From positions 1-61,333 of IMG/VR virus record IMGVR_UViG_3300005529_000039: 61,333 bases of DNA. The stretch is one strand, 5' to 3'. The notes below the pieces were generated by a model. It did no database searches, was not told the origin of the DNA, and saw nothing but the letters and a program-made list of their open reading frames with translations. Below, piece after piece: positions 1-8,590 of this stretch. The translations under genes and the position numbers were made by a program. The stretch comes from a virus. Lineage: Duplodnaviria; Caudoviricetes. Positions within the stretch are counted from its first letter, which is position 1. Each line of letters starts with the position of its first letter.

Positions 1-45
1 GACGGAACATTTGTTGCCATTTGCATCAGTAATCCAAGTTTCCAT
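1..45 (-). CDS. Partial CDS (N-terminus METWITDANGNKCSV) running off the window
   Basis: ATG at 45-43 preceded by a GGAG RBS. Confidence 0.5.
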   Translation of the reverse strand, partial: METWITDANGNKCSV

Positions 46-86
46 CTCGTTTTTCTCCTGAAAATTCTGTTGCGAGAAATATTTGG

Positions 87-275
87 TCAGCCCCGCTCCT
101 CCTGATTCCCTGCGCTCGCTGCGCAAAGTTCTTCGCAATACTTTCTAACCTCGTCGGCAAGCGGATTACTAGGCGTTCCGTCACTAGATACGAATGCTCC
201 GAGTAACTGGTCGCTTTGGGTTGCTAGCCTTCTTGCTGCCCGAATCAGACGGGTGATTGGTTCCGATCTAGTCAC
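87..275 (-). CDS. Hypothetical protein
   Basis: 62 aa ORF overlapping the methylase stop. Confidence 0.5.
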   Translation of the reverse strand: MTRSEPITRLIRAARRLATQSDQLLGAFVSSDGTPSNPLADEVRKYCEELCAASAGNQEERG

Positions 276-1128
276 GTAGCTTACTTTCTACTTCAACAAT
301 TCTTCGGCCAATCCACTCCGCGATTTGCGGGACGACGGCGTTTCCTAGTCTTTCTACTCTGGATTTGTCCAGTTGGGTTCGTACCCCATGTACCACTCTG
401 CCCACTCCGGGTTCGGAGTCCCACCTAGTTCCACGCACAGGGGTTCTGTTCCCAGTGCTTTCGGTGTTCTCTTCGCGCCTTTGAATGTCCGACCGTCCCT
501 GGGGATCAGGGTTGGCATGAATCGCAACATCTCGATGTAGGATTTTGGGCCGCGTCTCTTGTTGCTGTTCTTGTTCGGCGCTTCTGCCGCCCTGGTTAAG
601 GTGGGCAAGAATCCAAACTCGGTCGCGGCGGTGCCATGTACCAAAGGCGCAAGCTGGAACCATAAGCGGCGGGATCGTTTCGTAACCTGAGGCTTCCAGC
701 GAAGCGAGTATGTCTTCGAGAACCCAGTCGAACTCATGAGCGAGGCCAGCAACGTTCTCTGCCACAACGATATTGGGCCTACATGCTCGAATAATTCGCA
801 GCATTTCCGGCCAGAGGTATCGATCATCATCGCGTGCCTGTCTTCTGCCAGCAGTGCTGAATGGCTGACACGGAAAGCCGCCGCTAATGATGTCTGGTCG
901 GTCAATGTGGTGTTTTCTTCCGCAGTCACAGGTAAGCCCCCACGAGACAAGCCCGCAGCACTCTCGAATGTCACCGAATCGTTGTACATTTGGCCAATGT
1001 TTCTCCAGCACCTTTCTGCAAAATGGGTCTATCTCTACCTGCCAAACCGTCTTGATTCCGGCCCGTTCAAAGCCAAGATCAAATCCGCCAATTCCGGCAA
1101 AAAGCGAACCATGCGTGAGCGGCTTCAC
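268..1128 (-). CDS. dcm: C5 DNA cytosine methyltransferase, alpha (large) subunit
   Basis: Motifs I SLFAGIGG, IV GGFPCQPFS, VI ENV, VIII HRRDRVW, X LGNAVVPQIA. Motif IX absent. GTG 1128 has an RBS, and the ORF is open to 1161. Confidence 0.92.
   Translation of the reverse strand: MKPLTHGSLFAGIGGFDLGFERAGIKTVWQVEIDPFCRKVLEKHWPNVQRFGDIRECCGLVSWGLTCDCGRKHHIDRPDIISGGFPCQPFSTAGRRQARDDDRYLWPEMLRIIRACRPNIVVAENVAGLAHEFDWVLEDILASLEASGYETIPPLMVPACAFGTWHRRDRVWILAHLNQGGRSAEQEQQQETRPKILHRDVAIHANPDPQGRSDIQRREENTESTGNRTPVRGTRWDSEPGVGRVVHGVRTQLDKSRVERLGNAVVPQIAEWIGRRIVEVESKLRD
354..989 (-). CDS. C5 methyltransferase beta subunit in an alternative frame inside the alpha gene
   Basis: Ends in PNPEWAEWYMGYEPNWT, a motif IX-like segment as in M.EcoHK31I beta. 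Start uncertain. Confidence 0.75.
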   Translation of the reverse strand: MYNDSVTFESAAGLSRGGLPVTAEENTTLTDQTSLAAAFRVSHSALLAEDRHAMMIDTSGRKCCELFEHVGPISLWQRTLLASLMSSTGFSKTYSLRWKPQVTKRSRRLWFQLAPLVHGTAATEFGFLPTLTRAAEAPNKNSNKRRGPKSYIEMLRFMPTLIPRDGRTFKGAKRTPKALGTEPLCVELGGTPNPEWAEWYMGYEPNWTNPE

Positions 1129-1273
1129 CTTAGCTCTCCCCCTAGCCCTCTCACTCTGCAAAAAGAGCGGCTATTTCCTGGCCGAAAACAACCGCTCCTC
1201 CAGCTTCCCGTTTCGCCGTTCGTCACGGTGGACCCGCTGCCGCAAGCGAAACAGGCTTACCACGCGGCACACT

Positions 1274-1672
1274 CTACAACTTGAAATTTCTAATGCTTCC
1301 CTTCTTTTGGTTGCACCAGGAATGAGCTGGCTGCAGGTTTGATCCATTCTCCCCGTCATCCGCAAAACCACCGCCAATTCCTTTGGGGATGATGTGATCT
1401 GGGACCACATCGTTCATGTCCTCGATTGCCTTCTCGCAGATCCCGCAAATCCCACCGTTTTGTTGCAACTTCCGGAGAATGACCTTCTCCCGTTCCCGCT
1501 GTGAAAGCTTCCAGCGCCAACCAGTGGGAGCGTGTTCGTCGCGGATTCTCCTTACCCCTGGCCGAACCGTCTCCCACTTCGACTTATACGGGCTGGCCTT
1601 TTGCTCAATGCGGCCGCAGCAACCAGAATTCCTCCGGTGGATCGGGCACCACTGTTTGGCTTTTAACTTCAC
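1274..1672 (-). CDS. HNH endonuclease
   Basis: CGIC..DHIIP..NLQPAHSWCNQKKG. Confidence 0.85.
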   Translation of the reverse strand: MKLKAKQWCPIHRRNSGCCGRIEQKASPYKSKWETVRPGVRRIRDEHAPTGWRWKLSQREREKVILRKLQQNGGICGICEKAIEDMNDVVPDHIIPKGIGGGFADDGENGSNLQPAHSWCNQKKGSIRNFKL

Positions 1673-1941
1673 CGCTTTCCCTCGATGAAGGAATCAAACA
1701 CCGCCAGCACTCGCCGTCTGGCTTCTTCCTTGGCCTCATCTTTGAATCTAGCCTCAAGTCCACTCCAAACAGACGCAACGAGTTGCTGGCATAGGTGCGC
1801 AAACACGTGCATTAAAATGTCGGTCTGCTTTTTTGGAGAATTCACCGTTGACATCTCGATACGAGCTTGCGCGATGGCGGCATCTACCAGTTGCCTGACA
1901 GCCGCCTCTAGCTCTTCGCTGAATAGGTTTTCTTGGCTCAC
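1669..1941 (-). CDS. Hypothetical protein
   Basis: 4-nt start/stop overlaps with both neighbours. Confidence 0.7.
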   Translation of the reverse strand: MSQENLFSEELEAAVRQLVDAAIAQARIEMSTVNSPKKQTDILMHVFAHLCQQLVASVWSGLEARFKDEAKEEARRRVLAVFDSFIEGKR

Positions 1942-2213
1942 CGTGCCACCGCCTTTTTGGATGGCCGACTGGCGGCCACGACTTCTTTCAGTAAATCGCT
2001 CCCCAGGACCGTTGCCAGTGCTGCCAACTGCGCTGTGGTCAGTCTTCCGCGTCCAATCTCGAGCGAATAAAGCGTGTTGTAGTAAATGCCGGTCCGCTTC
2101 CCGAGTCCTCGCAAACTGAGGTGCTTGGCTTCGCGGCGGCGCCGGATAATAGTCCCGATTTTTTTTCGATCATTCATAAGCGAAAACAATTTCCGGGACT
2201 CCTCTCCTGCCAC
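1938..2213 (-). CDS. XRE-family HTH regulator
   Basis: IRRRREAKHLSLRGLGKRTGIYYNTLYSLEIG. Confidence 0.8.
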   Translation of the reverse strand: MAGEESRKLFSLMNDRKKIGTIIRRRREAKHLSLRGLGKRTGIYYNTLYSLEIGRGRLTTAQLAALATVLGSDLLKEVVAASRPSKKAVAR

Positions 2214-2238
2214 TGGAGAGCGCGTTCAAGAGGCCCAT

Positions 2239-2451
2239 TCACAGTGACGTGGCCGATATAGCGGTCGGCACCAGGCTAGCCTCAGTCCCTTTCCGCTCGA
2301 CCGTCACTGGCCCGCGGAGAACTTCGTGCTTGACTTCCAAATACTGCTTTTCTGAGATCACGTCTCCACATAGCCGGCATCGGTAGTACTTCATTAAGGC
2401 CAGTTGCAGCCAGAAGCTGTACTGATGCCGGCAGAATGCGAAGTAGGTCAT
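2239..2451 (-). CDS. Small Cys-containing hypothetical protein
   Basis: CRH..YRCRLCG. Follows the previous gene by 3 nt. Confidence 0.55.
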   Translation of the reverse strand: MTYFAFCRHQYSFWLQLALMKYYRCRLCGDVISEKQYLEVKHEVLRGPVTVERKGTEASLVPTAISATSL

Positions 2452-2454
2452 GGG

Positions 2455-3186
2455 TTACGAGATCACCGTTGTCTTTTCTGGCGCCGCTTGCCGCAGATAG
2501 CGAGCGATATTCTCGATCGCCTCGAGCTTCCAGCGACCGCCATCGGACTCAAACAGAGCCAGCTTCGTCGTGTTGTTGTCGTTCTTTGCGCGCAGGATGA
2601 ATTCCGATGTCGGCTGCTCCACTTCGTTAAACGTGCGCCAAGGGGCAAGCTTCACCGTACGGACCACCACCTCGCTCTTTAGTGCCACGCTCTGATTCAC
2701 TGTGAGCCGCTGAGAAATGCCGTCATCAGCAGAGACCACTACCGCCTCATTGGTGACGTTCGAAGAGATTTTCAGCACATGCTCACGATCCCCGGAGTCT
2801 TTGAACTGCGACAACAACCCAATCGTGAACTGCTCGTGCGGGACAAATTGGCCGAAGACGAACTGCTTGGTCTCTTCTGGAGTACAGTCGACCAGCACTT
2901 CTCGCTGCTTCCAGTGGTTTGATCTCTTGGCGATTACCTGCACGTGTTCGTGGTCGACCACGTGAACCAGGTAGTGATCCGAAGAGAATCCTTCGACCTT
3001 GCAATCGTTGCCGATTAAATCGCATAGGCCGCTCAGGGTAGAAACCTTAATGGCCGAAACTACAGGTTCCGTCATGGCGTGAATTGAGCGATCCGTGTAC
3101 CTACGCCCTTCATGGTCGATAATTTCGACGTTCTTCTTGGTCTCGCCGAGAGTGACGAGATACTGAACTGCTTCCTTGATCATCAT
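2455..3186 (-). CDS. Conserved phage hypothetical protein
   Basis: 243 aa, GAAGGAG RBS, typical phage-protein end LAPWRTF.EVEQP.SEF..LFESDGGRWK. Confidence 0.8.
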   Translation of the reverse strand: MMIKEAVQYLVTLGETKKNVEIIDHEGRRYTDRSIHAMTEPVVSAIKVSTLSGLCDLIGNDCKVEGFSSDHYLVHVVDHEHVQVIAKRSNHWKQREVLVDCTPEETKQFVFGQFVPHEQFTIGLLSQFKDSGDREHVLKISSNVTNEAVVVSADDGISQRLTVNQSVALKSEVVVRTVKLAPWRTFNEVEQPTSEFILRAKNDNNTTKLALFESDGGRWKLEAIENIARYLRQAAPEKTTVIS

Positions 3187-3206
3187 TCGCTCCTTCGAGA
3201 AAAGGT

Positions 3207-3284
3207 TGGGTGCAGAGACGGGAGTCGAACCCGCTATCTCGGCGTTATGAGCGCCGCGTGATCAATCCGTTTCACTCCTCTGCG
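3207..3284 (-). tRNA. tRNA with CAT anticodon (fMet-like, C1:A72 mismatch)
   Basis: Full cloverleaf: acceptor CGCAGAG/CTCTGCA, D stem GTGA/TCAC, anticodon arm CGGCG-CTCATAA-CGCCG, T arm GCGGG-TTCGACT-CCCGT, encoded CCA. Confidence 0.9.
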
Positions 3285-3343
3285 CGTGTACCTCTTCCGT
3301 TTAAGGCGCATTCCCGTAGCGGCTGGGGTGCTACGGCAGTGCG

Positions 3344-3529
3344 CTAGAAAGCCACGTCTTCAATTCCCGCTCTGGTACGTGGCCTACAGGCCGGGACTAT
3401 CTTGGTTGAGTTCGCTGCAATCGTGTCCTGCGTCCTGTCGCCTGATGTTTGTCCCGTCTGTGCAAGCATGCGGGAACTCGACAACAGGCATAGGAGCAGG
3501 GCGAATCTCCATCCAAGTGTGTTTGTCAA
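3344..3529 (-). CDS. Small secreted or membrane protein
   Basis: AGGAGG RBS and TTG start, signal-peptide-like WRFALLLCLLSSSRMLA-Q. Confidence 0.55.
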   Translation of the reverse strand: MTNTLGWRFALLLCLLSSSRMLAQTGQTSGDRTQDTIAANSTKIVPACRPRTRAGIEDVAF

Positions 3530-3636
3530 TTGGCACCTCCTTTCTTCAACTCCGGTTCCACCATCTGGCGCTTGGTGTTTCTGCTGTTTACTGCCCGAGT
3601 TGCGCTCAAGGCAGAACCGGAGCCGAACTCTATTGT

Positions 3637-4794
3637 CTACTGCTCTTCCTCAAACAGCCCTTCGTGCCCGAATGGACTGCTGTCGGATGTGGCGCCTGAA
3701 GTCTTCGGCCCGGACGACTCCGCCATGGGCGAAACCGCTGACGCCCGGGCCTGCGGAGGGTGGCCACTCCCCTCACCCTCCGAGCTTGATTTTGTTTTGT
3801 ACCTCTCGTCGAGTTCCCGTGACCTGATCTCAGTTGCCGTGCGCATTACTTCTGAGGTAGCGTCTATCTCGCTGACCAGGTCAGGAGCATTACCGGCATC
3901 GACGTATTCGTCGAGAATGGCTGCCTTCTGGAATTCAGGAGAGAGCGGCAAACGTTTGGCTAGCCGCCTAATCGGCGTTTTTCGCGCCATCTCTTCGAAA
4001 TGCGTCAACCAAGGACCAGTAACGTTACCGTGTTCATCTTTGGACTTGGAGTTGTTGCGTATTTCCATGATGCGGTGCAGTGGCATGTATTCGAAGTCCG
4101 CAGTTCCGTCTTTGAACTTCACCACCGCATACACCCCTCGTAACCCTATCGGGATTCCGAGTTCATCCTTCTCGACGCCGCGCTTGGGATCGTCGTAGTT
4201 AGGAACGTGGTCAATGGTGTGATCCGTTCCAAGCTCCACGCGGAACTTGTCGCAGGAGTAGACCGGTTCAGAGTAAATGGCAGATACCTGTCCTGAGCGA
4301 CGCGCGAGATTTATTAACCCGCGGTAGCCAGGTTGGAGTTGGGCTTCGAGTCGCTTCGCTTTACCGTTCCAGTAAGGAACCAGGTACGCATCGCCCAATA
4401 TCCCGTCGGGATAAAGTCCCAACTGGGAAGACTCGATAATGCATCCGATAATAGAAAGCGGGAAACAGTCCGCCAAACGTGGTTGCTTGCGGATCGCAGT
4501 GATCGCGACGCGAATCATTCGCTCCGCAGTCATATGTTGAGGTAGCGCGACGGCGATCTGATCTTTGCTTTTTTCGAGAAGCTGAGACAGACTCGTCGAC
4601 GTAGGTGCTATTGCGGTTGTAGTGGCCATGTTGCTTTGCTCCCTTCGAAACTTCGTGTGGCCGATGTGCCAATCTGCGCACTCAGCACACTTGTAGGCGT
4701 TGAATGCCTCGCCTGACCTCGCCTCCATCCTCTCGGCAGCGTCTTCTGCTTCACTGCGCGAGTAAGGAATCTTCCCGTCGCATTGGCGACTCAT
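3637..4794 (-). CDS. recT: RecT-family single-strand annealing recombinase with an in-frame N-terminal Zn-ribbon-like extension (internal start at 4629)
   Basis: ALPQHMTAERMIR..SSQLGL..AYLVPY..GYRGLINLARRSG..GPW.THFEEMARKT. Confidence 0.93.
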   Translation of the reverse strand: MSRQCDGKIPYSRSEAEDAAERMEARSGEAFNAYKCAECADWHIGHTKFRREQSNMATTTAIAPTSTSLSQLLEKSKDQIAVALPQHMTAERMIRVAITAIRKQPRLADCFPLSIIGCIIESSQLGLYPDGILGDAYLVPYWNGKAKRLEAQLQPGYRGLINLARRSGQVSAIYSEPVYSCDKFRVELGTDHTIDHVPNYDDPKRGVEKDELGIPIGLRGVYAVVKFKDGTADFEYMPLHRIMEIRNNSKSKDEHGNVTGPWLTHFEEMARKTPIRRLAKRLPLSPEFQKAAILDEYVDAGNAPDLVSEIDATSEVMRTATEIRSRELDERYKTKSSSEGEGSGHPPQARASAVSPMAESSGPKTSGATSDSSPFGHEGLFEEEQ

Positions 4795-6071
4795 ACCTGA
4801 ATAAATTTGAACGGTCTGCTGGGTTCGCCAGCTCGTTTGCAGTTTGCAACCATCGTGGCTACTCCCTTGCGTGCCACTATCGGGTATGCCAGCTTCTGTG
4901 CGCGAATCGCACATACTTCACAGGCAAACAGCAGGTGCTGCGGGAAGCTGTCTTTTACTTCGACAATGGCTGCGGCGGGCTGACCGCAAATTGGCGAGCC
5001 AAATTCACACACCGCATACTCTGGGAAGTCAAAGCGGTTGAGATCCTTGACCGTTCCTTCTAAGGCTTTGCTGTCCCAACGCATCGGTGGTTTGCCCGTT
5101 GCCCAGGAGATACGGACTCCGCAGGACGGGACTTCCACCTTCTCCCGCTCGCCCATCGCTTCCTTGATGCGCTCCTTGATAGCTTCAACCGTAGCCGACT
5201 TCTCATCCGCCACCGCTAGAGCTTCGCGGTAATCGGAAACCAATTCAGCCAGCGAGTCATCGGCAACGTAGCCTTCGGCGGTCAACTCTTTGTCGGCTTC
5301 GGCCAGTAACTGCGCCGACCGCGGACAGGAACGCCGATAGATGCAACTCTTGCAGCGCTTGTCATTGACTTTTGGTTCGGGAACCTTTCCCGTCTGCAGC
5401 GCAACCCAGAACTCCGCCGACCGCCGTACCTGCTCTTCGCCGAGCGATGGCATGAAGACCACCGGGAAGGTTGCGAACTGGCCATAAGTGGGCTCGAGTA
5501 CGGCAAACACTCCCCACTTGTAACCGGTGACTACCAATCCATGATTGACCTGGAAGACGTAGTCAGTGGTGATGCCTTCCTGCATCATGCGCTTGAATTC
5601 CCACTCATTGGTGGTTTTACACTCGAGGTAACCTGGCCCCGGAGGATCAGCCAAAGCTTCAAGCTGCTTCGCATCTGGCCACAGCGCCAAAAGATCAGCC
5701 TTAGCCACTCCGATAATCTGGCGGTCAAGATTCGCTCCCATGAACGGATGTTCTTTTGAAACCCGCGTCGGTTGCCGGCGGATTTTGAGACCTGTGGTTT
5801 CGGCAAAGTAATTGGCTACCACCGATTCCCAGACCCGGCCACGCTTGAGGATGTCGTCTTCGCGCTGAGTGCGCGGGTAGTCCGGTTTCCGTCCGGACTT
5901 ATCGAAGAACAGCCGAGTCGAGCAACCATACTTGCTGTCCTCCTCAAACAGACTGGCTGAATCAGAGCCACCGACAAACTTGCGTCTCTGTTCCAGCCAG
6001 TCTTCGCGCGTGGGGCGGGCGCTAACCTGAGGAAGTTCAATGTGAACTGGTTCCACTGCTTGTGTGCTCAT
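4791..6071 (-). CDS. YqaJ/lambda-type exonuclease
   Basis: WLEQRRKFVGGSD, RG..WE, ANLDR, YLECKT, YVFQV. Adjacent to RecT. Confidence 0.9.
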   Translation of the reverse strand: MSTQAVEPVHIELPQVSARPTREDWLEQRRKFVGGSDSASLFEEDSKYGCSTRLFFDKSGRKPDYPRTQREDDILKRGRVWESVVANYFAETTGLKIRRQPTRVSKEHPFMGANLDRQIIGVAKADLLALWPDAKQLEALADPPGPGYLECKTTNEWEFKRMMQEGITTDYVFQVNHGLVVTGYKWGVFAVLEPTYGQFATFPVVFMPSLGEEQVRRSAEFWVALQTGKVPEPKVNDKRCKSCIYRRSCPRSAQLLAEADKELTAEGYVADDSLAELVSDYREALAVADEKSATVEAIKERIKEAMGEREKVEVPSCGVRISWATGKPPMRWDSKALEGTVKDLNRFDFPEYAVCEFGSPICGQPAAAIVEVKDSFPQHLLFACEVCAIRAQKLAYPIVARKGVATMVANCKRAGEPSRPFKFIQV

Positions 6072-6265
6072 AGTTGTGACTCCCTAATCAAACTCTCCAG
6101 TTGTGACTGGCGAATGCGGATGGTGCGGTGTCCTAGGCGCGCAAACGAAATCCGCCGCTCTTTGCGCAGGCGCTGCAAGGTCTTCCGCGAAATACCCAGC
6201 ACCGCGCACACCTCAGCCTGACTGAGCAGCGGGTCGGAAAGCGCATTGGCAATATTCGATTTCAT
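6068..6265 (-). CDS. Excisionase-like HTH (HTH_17)
   Basis: LLSQAEVCAVLGISRKTLQRL..RLGHRTIRI. Confidence 0.85.
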   Translation of the reverse strand: MKSNIANALSDPLLSQAEVCAVLGISRKTLQRLRKERRISFARLGHRTIRIRQSQLESLIRESQL

Positions 6266-6441
6266 GCTTGGCCTGTTTTTTCGGTTACCACCTGACCGCA
6301 TAAGGCAATTCCGTTGCGTATGGCGTCGGCTGTAGCCTCGCAGAGCACCACCGCTTCGCGCAGCGACTCGGTGTTATCGAGCAGCCACTTCATGTGCTCA
6401 TCGCACAAACGTTTCAGGCGCATCAGCTCGGAATCGTTCAC
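6262..6441 (-). CDS. Hypothetical protein, 59 aa (below ORF-track cutoff)
   Basis: MNDSELMRLKRLCDEHMKWLL..., with 4-nt overlaps on both sides. Confidence 0.6.
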   Translation of the reverse strand: MNDSELMRLKRLCDEHMKWLLDNTESLREAVVLCEATADAIRNGIALCGQVVTEKTGQA

Positions 6442-6689
6442 CGCCAGCCTTCCATCGCTCGGACTACCAACTCCTCGAGGTTGTCGATCTCTCGATCAAG
6501 CTGTTCCGGCGTCATTTGGCGAATTGTCTCGAATGTTTCCTTAGTGCGCCGCGCGAGTTCTCGTTCCCATCCCCGCTCGGCATAGGCGCGGCATTCTGGG
6601 TCATCAAGCGAGAGGAAGCATCCAGCATCCACGGCATTGCACATTTCTTCATCAATCCAGCATTCACGCTCTGTCACTTTCGCCTCCAA
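6438..6689 (-). CDS. Hypothetical protein
   Basis: Acidic 83 aa ORF in the leftward operon. Confidence 0.6.
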   Translation of the reverse strand: MEAKVTERECWIDEEMCNAVDAGCFLSLDDPECRAYAERGWERELARRTKETFETIRQMTPEQLDREIDNLEELVVRAMEGWR

Positions 6690-6935
6690 TCCGTCGCCTG
6701 CGGTTTCTTCTGCTGGCCCATCTCGATTACGGGAACTACAGCTCGTTCCAGCCCGATTCCGTACTGCGCGAGGACTCGGTCACCTAAGCGGAACAAGTCC
6801 TCGATTAGTCGTCCGTTAAATTCGCGGTCTGCGTCGGTCACGGCCTTACTCCTTGTACTCGTAATTCAGGCTCACTTGAACGGTTTCGCGGAAAATCGAC
6901 ACCCAATCGCCACTTGATCGTCTGCAAAATAACTT

Positions 6936-7340
6936 TCATCGCTTGACTCCGTAATGGCGCAACCAGTCGAGCACTTCGTCGGAAGAATGCGCGACCAGGT
7001 AGTAGTGGTTCTCCGCAAGTACCCGCTCCTCGAAGCTGGCTTGCTCTGGCGTTTGCTTCTCGCCTGGCCGCTTCACCTCAACCCAAAGCACACTGGTATA
7101 CGCCCCGCCATGTAGCGGAATGAAAACCACAATGTCAGCCACGCCTGCGCCGCCCGAGTGCGAACGCAGAAAGCGTCTTTGCCCGTTGGCTTCGCGGATC
7201 ACGTGCCCGGAAGTGTTGATGCGCATGGCAAACAGATGCTCGGCCGCCAGGAGATCGAGAATTGCATTCTGAATCTGATGCTCTTTCAGGCTGAACACTG
7301 TCTTCATGTTTTCCCGTTTCGCCATTGTGAGAACACTCAT
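6936..7340 (-). CDS. VRR-NUC/PD-(D/E)XK nuclease (Holliday junction resolvase-like)
   Basis: EHQIQNAI..GVADIV..VEVKRPGEKQTPEQ. Confidence 0.85.
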   Translation of the reverse strand: MSVLTMAKRENMKTVFSLKEHQIQNAILDLLAAEHLFAMRINTSGHVIREANGQRRFLRSHSGGAGVADIVVFIPLHGGAYTSVLWVEVKRPGEKQTPEQASFEERVLAENHYYLVAHSSDEVLDWLRHYGVKR

Positions 7341-7366
7341 TAGTTGTTTACCGCCGTGCACAGGTT

Positions 7367-7395
7367 GTTTTAGTCCAACCAACGATAGTTGTCAA
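7367..7395 (-). promoter_or_regulatory. Sigma70 promoter with embedded operator
   Basis: TTGACA-17-TAAAAC containing GACAAC-N8-GTTGGA. Confidence 0.65.
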
Positions 7396-7427
7396 GTGTT
7401 AATTTCTTGGGAGAAATTACCAAAGGC

Positions 7428-7709
7428 TCAATCCGCACAAATGAAGTCCACGCGACCGCTTTCGGGACTAGGCATCAGTAAGCGCGACAAGGAAATCAAC
7501 GTGCCCGATTGCTGGCAACTGGGACAACTATCCCCAAAGGCATCAGAGACCGCGCGGCAAGAGAAGCACCACACCGCGTGCTCACTTGGAATGATGCGGT
7601 TCCTTGAAGTCAGGAGGTTTTCCTTAGGCTCCTTGGGCGACAGCAATAGGGCGATAGCCCCGGTAACGCCCTTCCTGCTCGCATCCTTCACAGCGCGAAG
7701 TATGTTCAT
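7428..7709 (-). CDS. Zn-finger hypothetical protein
   Basis: CFSC..CPSC. Confidence 0.55.
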   Translation of the reverse strand: MNILRAVKDASRKGVTGAIALLLSPKEPKENLLTSRNRIIPSEHAVWCFSCRAVSDAFGDSCPSCQQSGTLISLSRLLMPSPESGRVDFICAD

Positions 7710-7829
7710 CGACGTAAGCCTCCGGATGCAGAGAGCATTCCCGCACCCACACTTCCTGTCCGGCGTGGTCCGTTTTCCCGCTGAGAGAGGCGATGACCAC
7801 GCAACGGCGTTTGAATATAAAGCCGGGAT

Positions 7830-8066
7830 TCATCTGGCTTGCCGAATCGAATTGACATCGATTCCAAGCACCTGCGACATACGGCTTAAGCTGTTGCGGT
7901 GGATGCCCATACTCCGCGCCGCCCGGCAATTGTTGCCGTGGGTCTCAGAGAGGGTGGCGGTGATCCATTCCTTGCGCAATGCGGTGACGGCTTCGCGCAT
8001 GGTCAGATGGTTCGATCGCATATTAGTGACAAGACGTGATAGTTCACTTCCTAGGCTGGTGGTCAT
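7830..8066 (-). CDS. Fis-family HTH protein
   Basis: TLSETHGNNCRAARSMGIHRNSLSR. Confidence 0.8.
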   Translation of the reverse strand: MTTSLGSELSRLVTNMRSNHLTMREAVTALRKEWITATLSETHGNNCRAARSMGIHRNSLSRMSQVLGIDVNSIRQAR

Positions 8067-8078
8067 CAGTGGTTACTC

Positions 8079-8333
8079 CTAGAGGTGCTGCAGAATCTGC
8101 CAGATTGTTTGGGCGCACCAGGGGATGGCCACACAAAAAAGCCATCCCAAAGCGCAGAAGAATCCGATCCATAGAGCTAAAGCTGCTATCCATGCCGCCA
8201 GCGTTCCGAGCCGGTAAAAGAATCGACTTCGCTTGACTTGACGGCGAATCATGCGCCTACCGTCGCGGGTGGCTTGATCGACCAGTAGGCCAAGCGAACG
8301 CTCTTCCCAATCGGAAATCAACGGCTCAGGCAT
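8079..8333 (-). CDS. Small membrane protein
   Basis: Long hydrophobic C-terminal half. First gene after the leftward promoter. Confidence 0.65.
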   Translation of the reverse strand: MPEPLISDWEERSLGLLVDQATRDGRRMIRRQVKRSRFFYRLGTLAAWIAALALWIGFFCALGWLFCVAIPWCAQTIWQILQHL

Positions 8334-8356
8334 GGTGTTTACGGACGTGCACAGCG

Positions 8357-8385
8357 TTTGTAAGACAACTCTGAATGGTTGTCAA
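8357..8385 (-). promoter_or_regulatory. Leftward promoter with palindromic operator
   Basis: TTGACA-17-TACAAA with perfect GACAAC-N8-GTTGTC at 8364-8383. Confidence 0.7.
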
Positions 8386-8590
8386 GAAAAAAATTGCACA
8401 GGGTAAGTACGTATATTCAATCACTTTCCCATTCCACAATCATGCACAGACAAAATCCTCGGTTATAGTGCGTTGCACACAAGGGAAACTCTGAGACGAG
8501 TGATGCGGGGTGGTCCTTTCACGCCCAGTTTTGCCACCCCTTCCCGAAATGAAACCCAGGCAAAATCGCGTTGAATGGGGATTTGGAAAA

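Noticed and set aside
268-1672. Restriction-modification system (Dcm plus HNH)
   Set aside because: The small Zn-HNH is of a common phage type, and orphan methylases are usual in early regions
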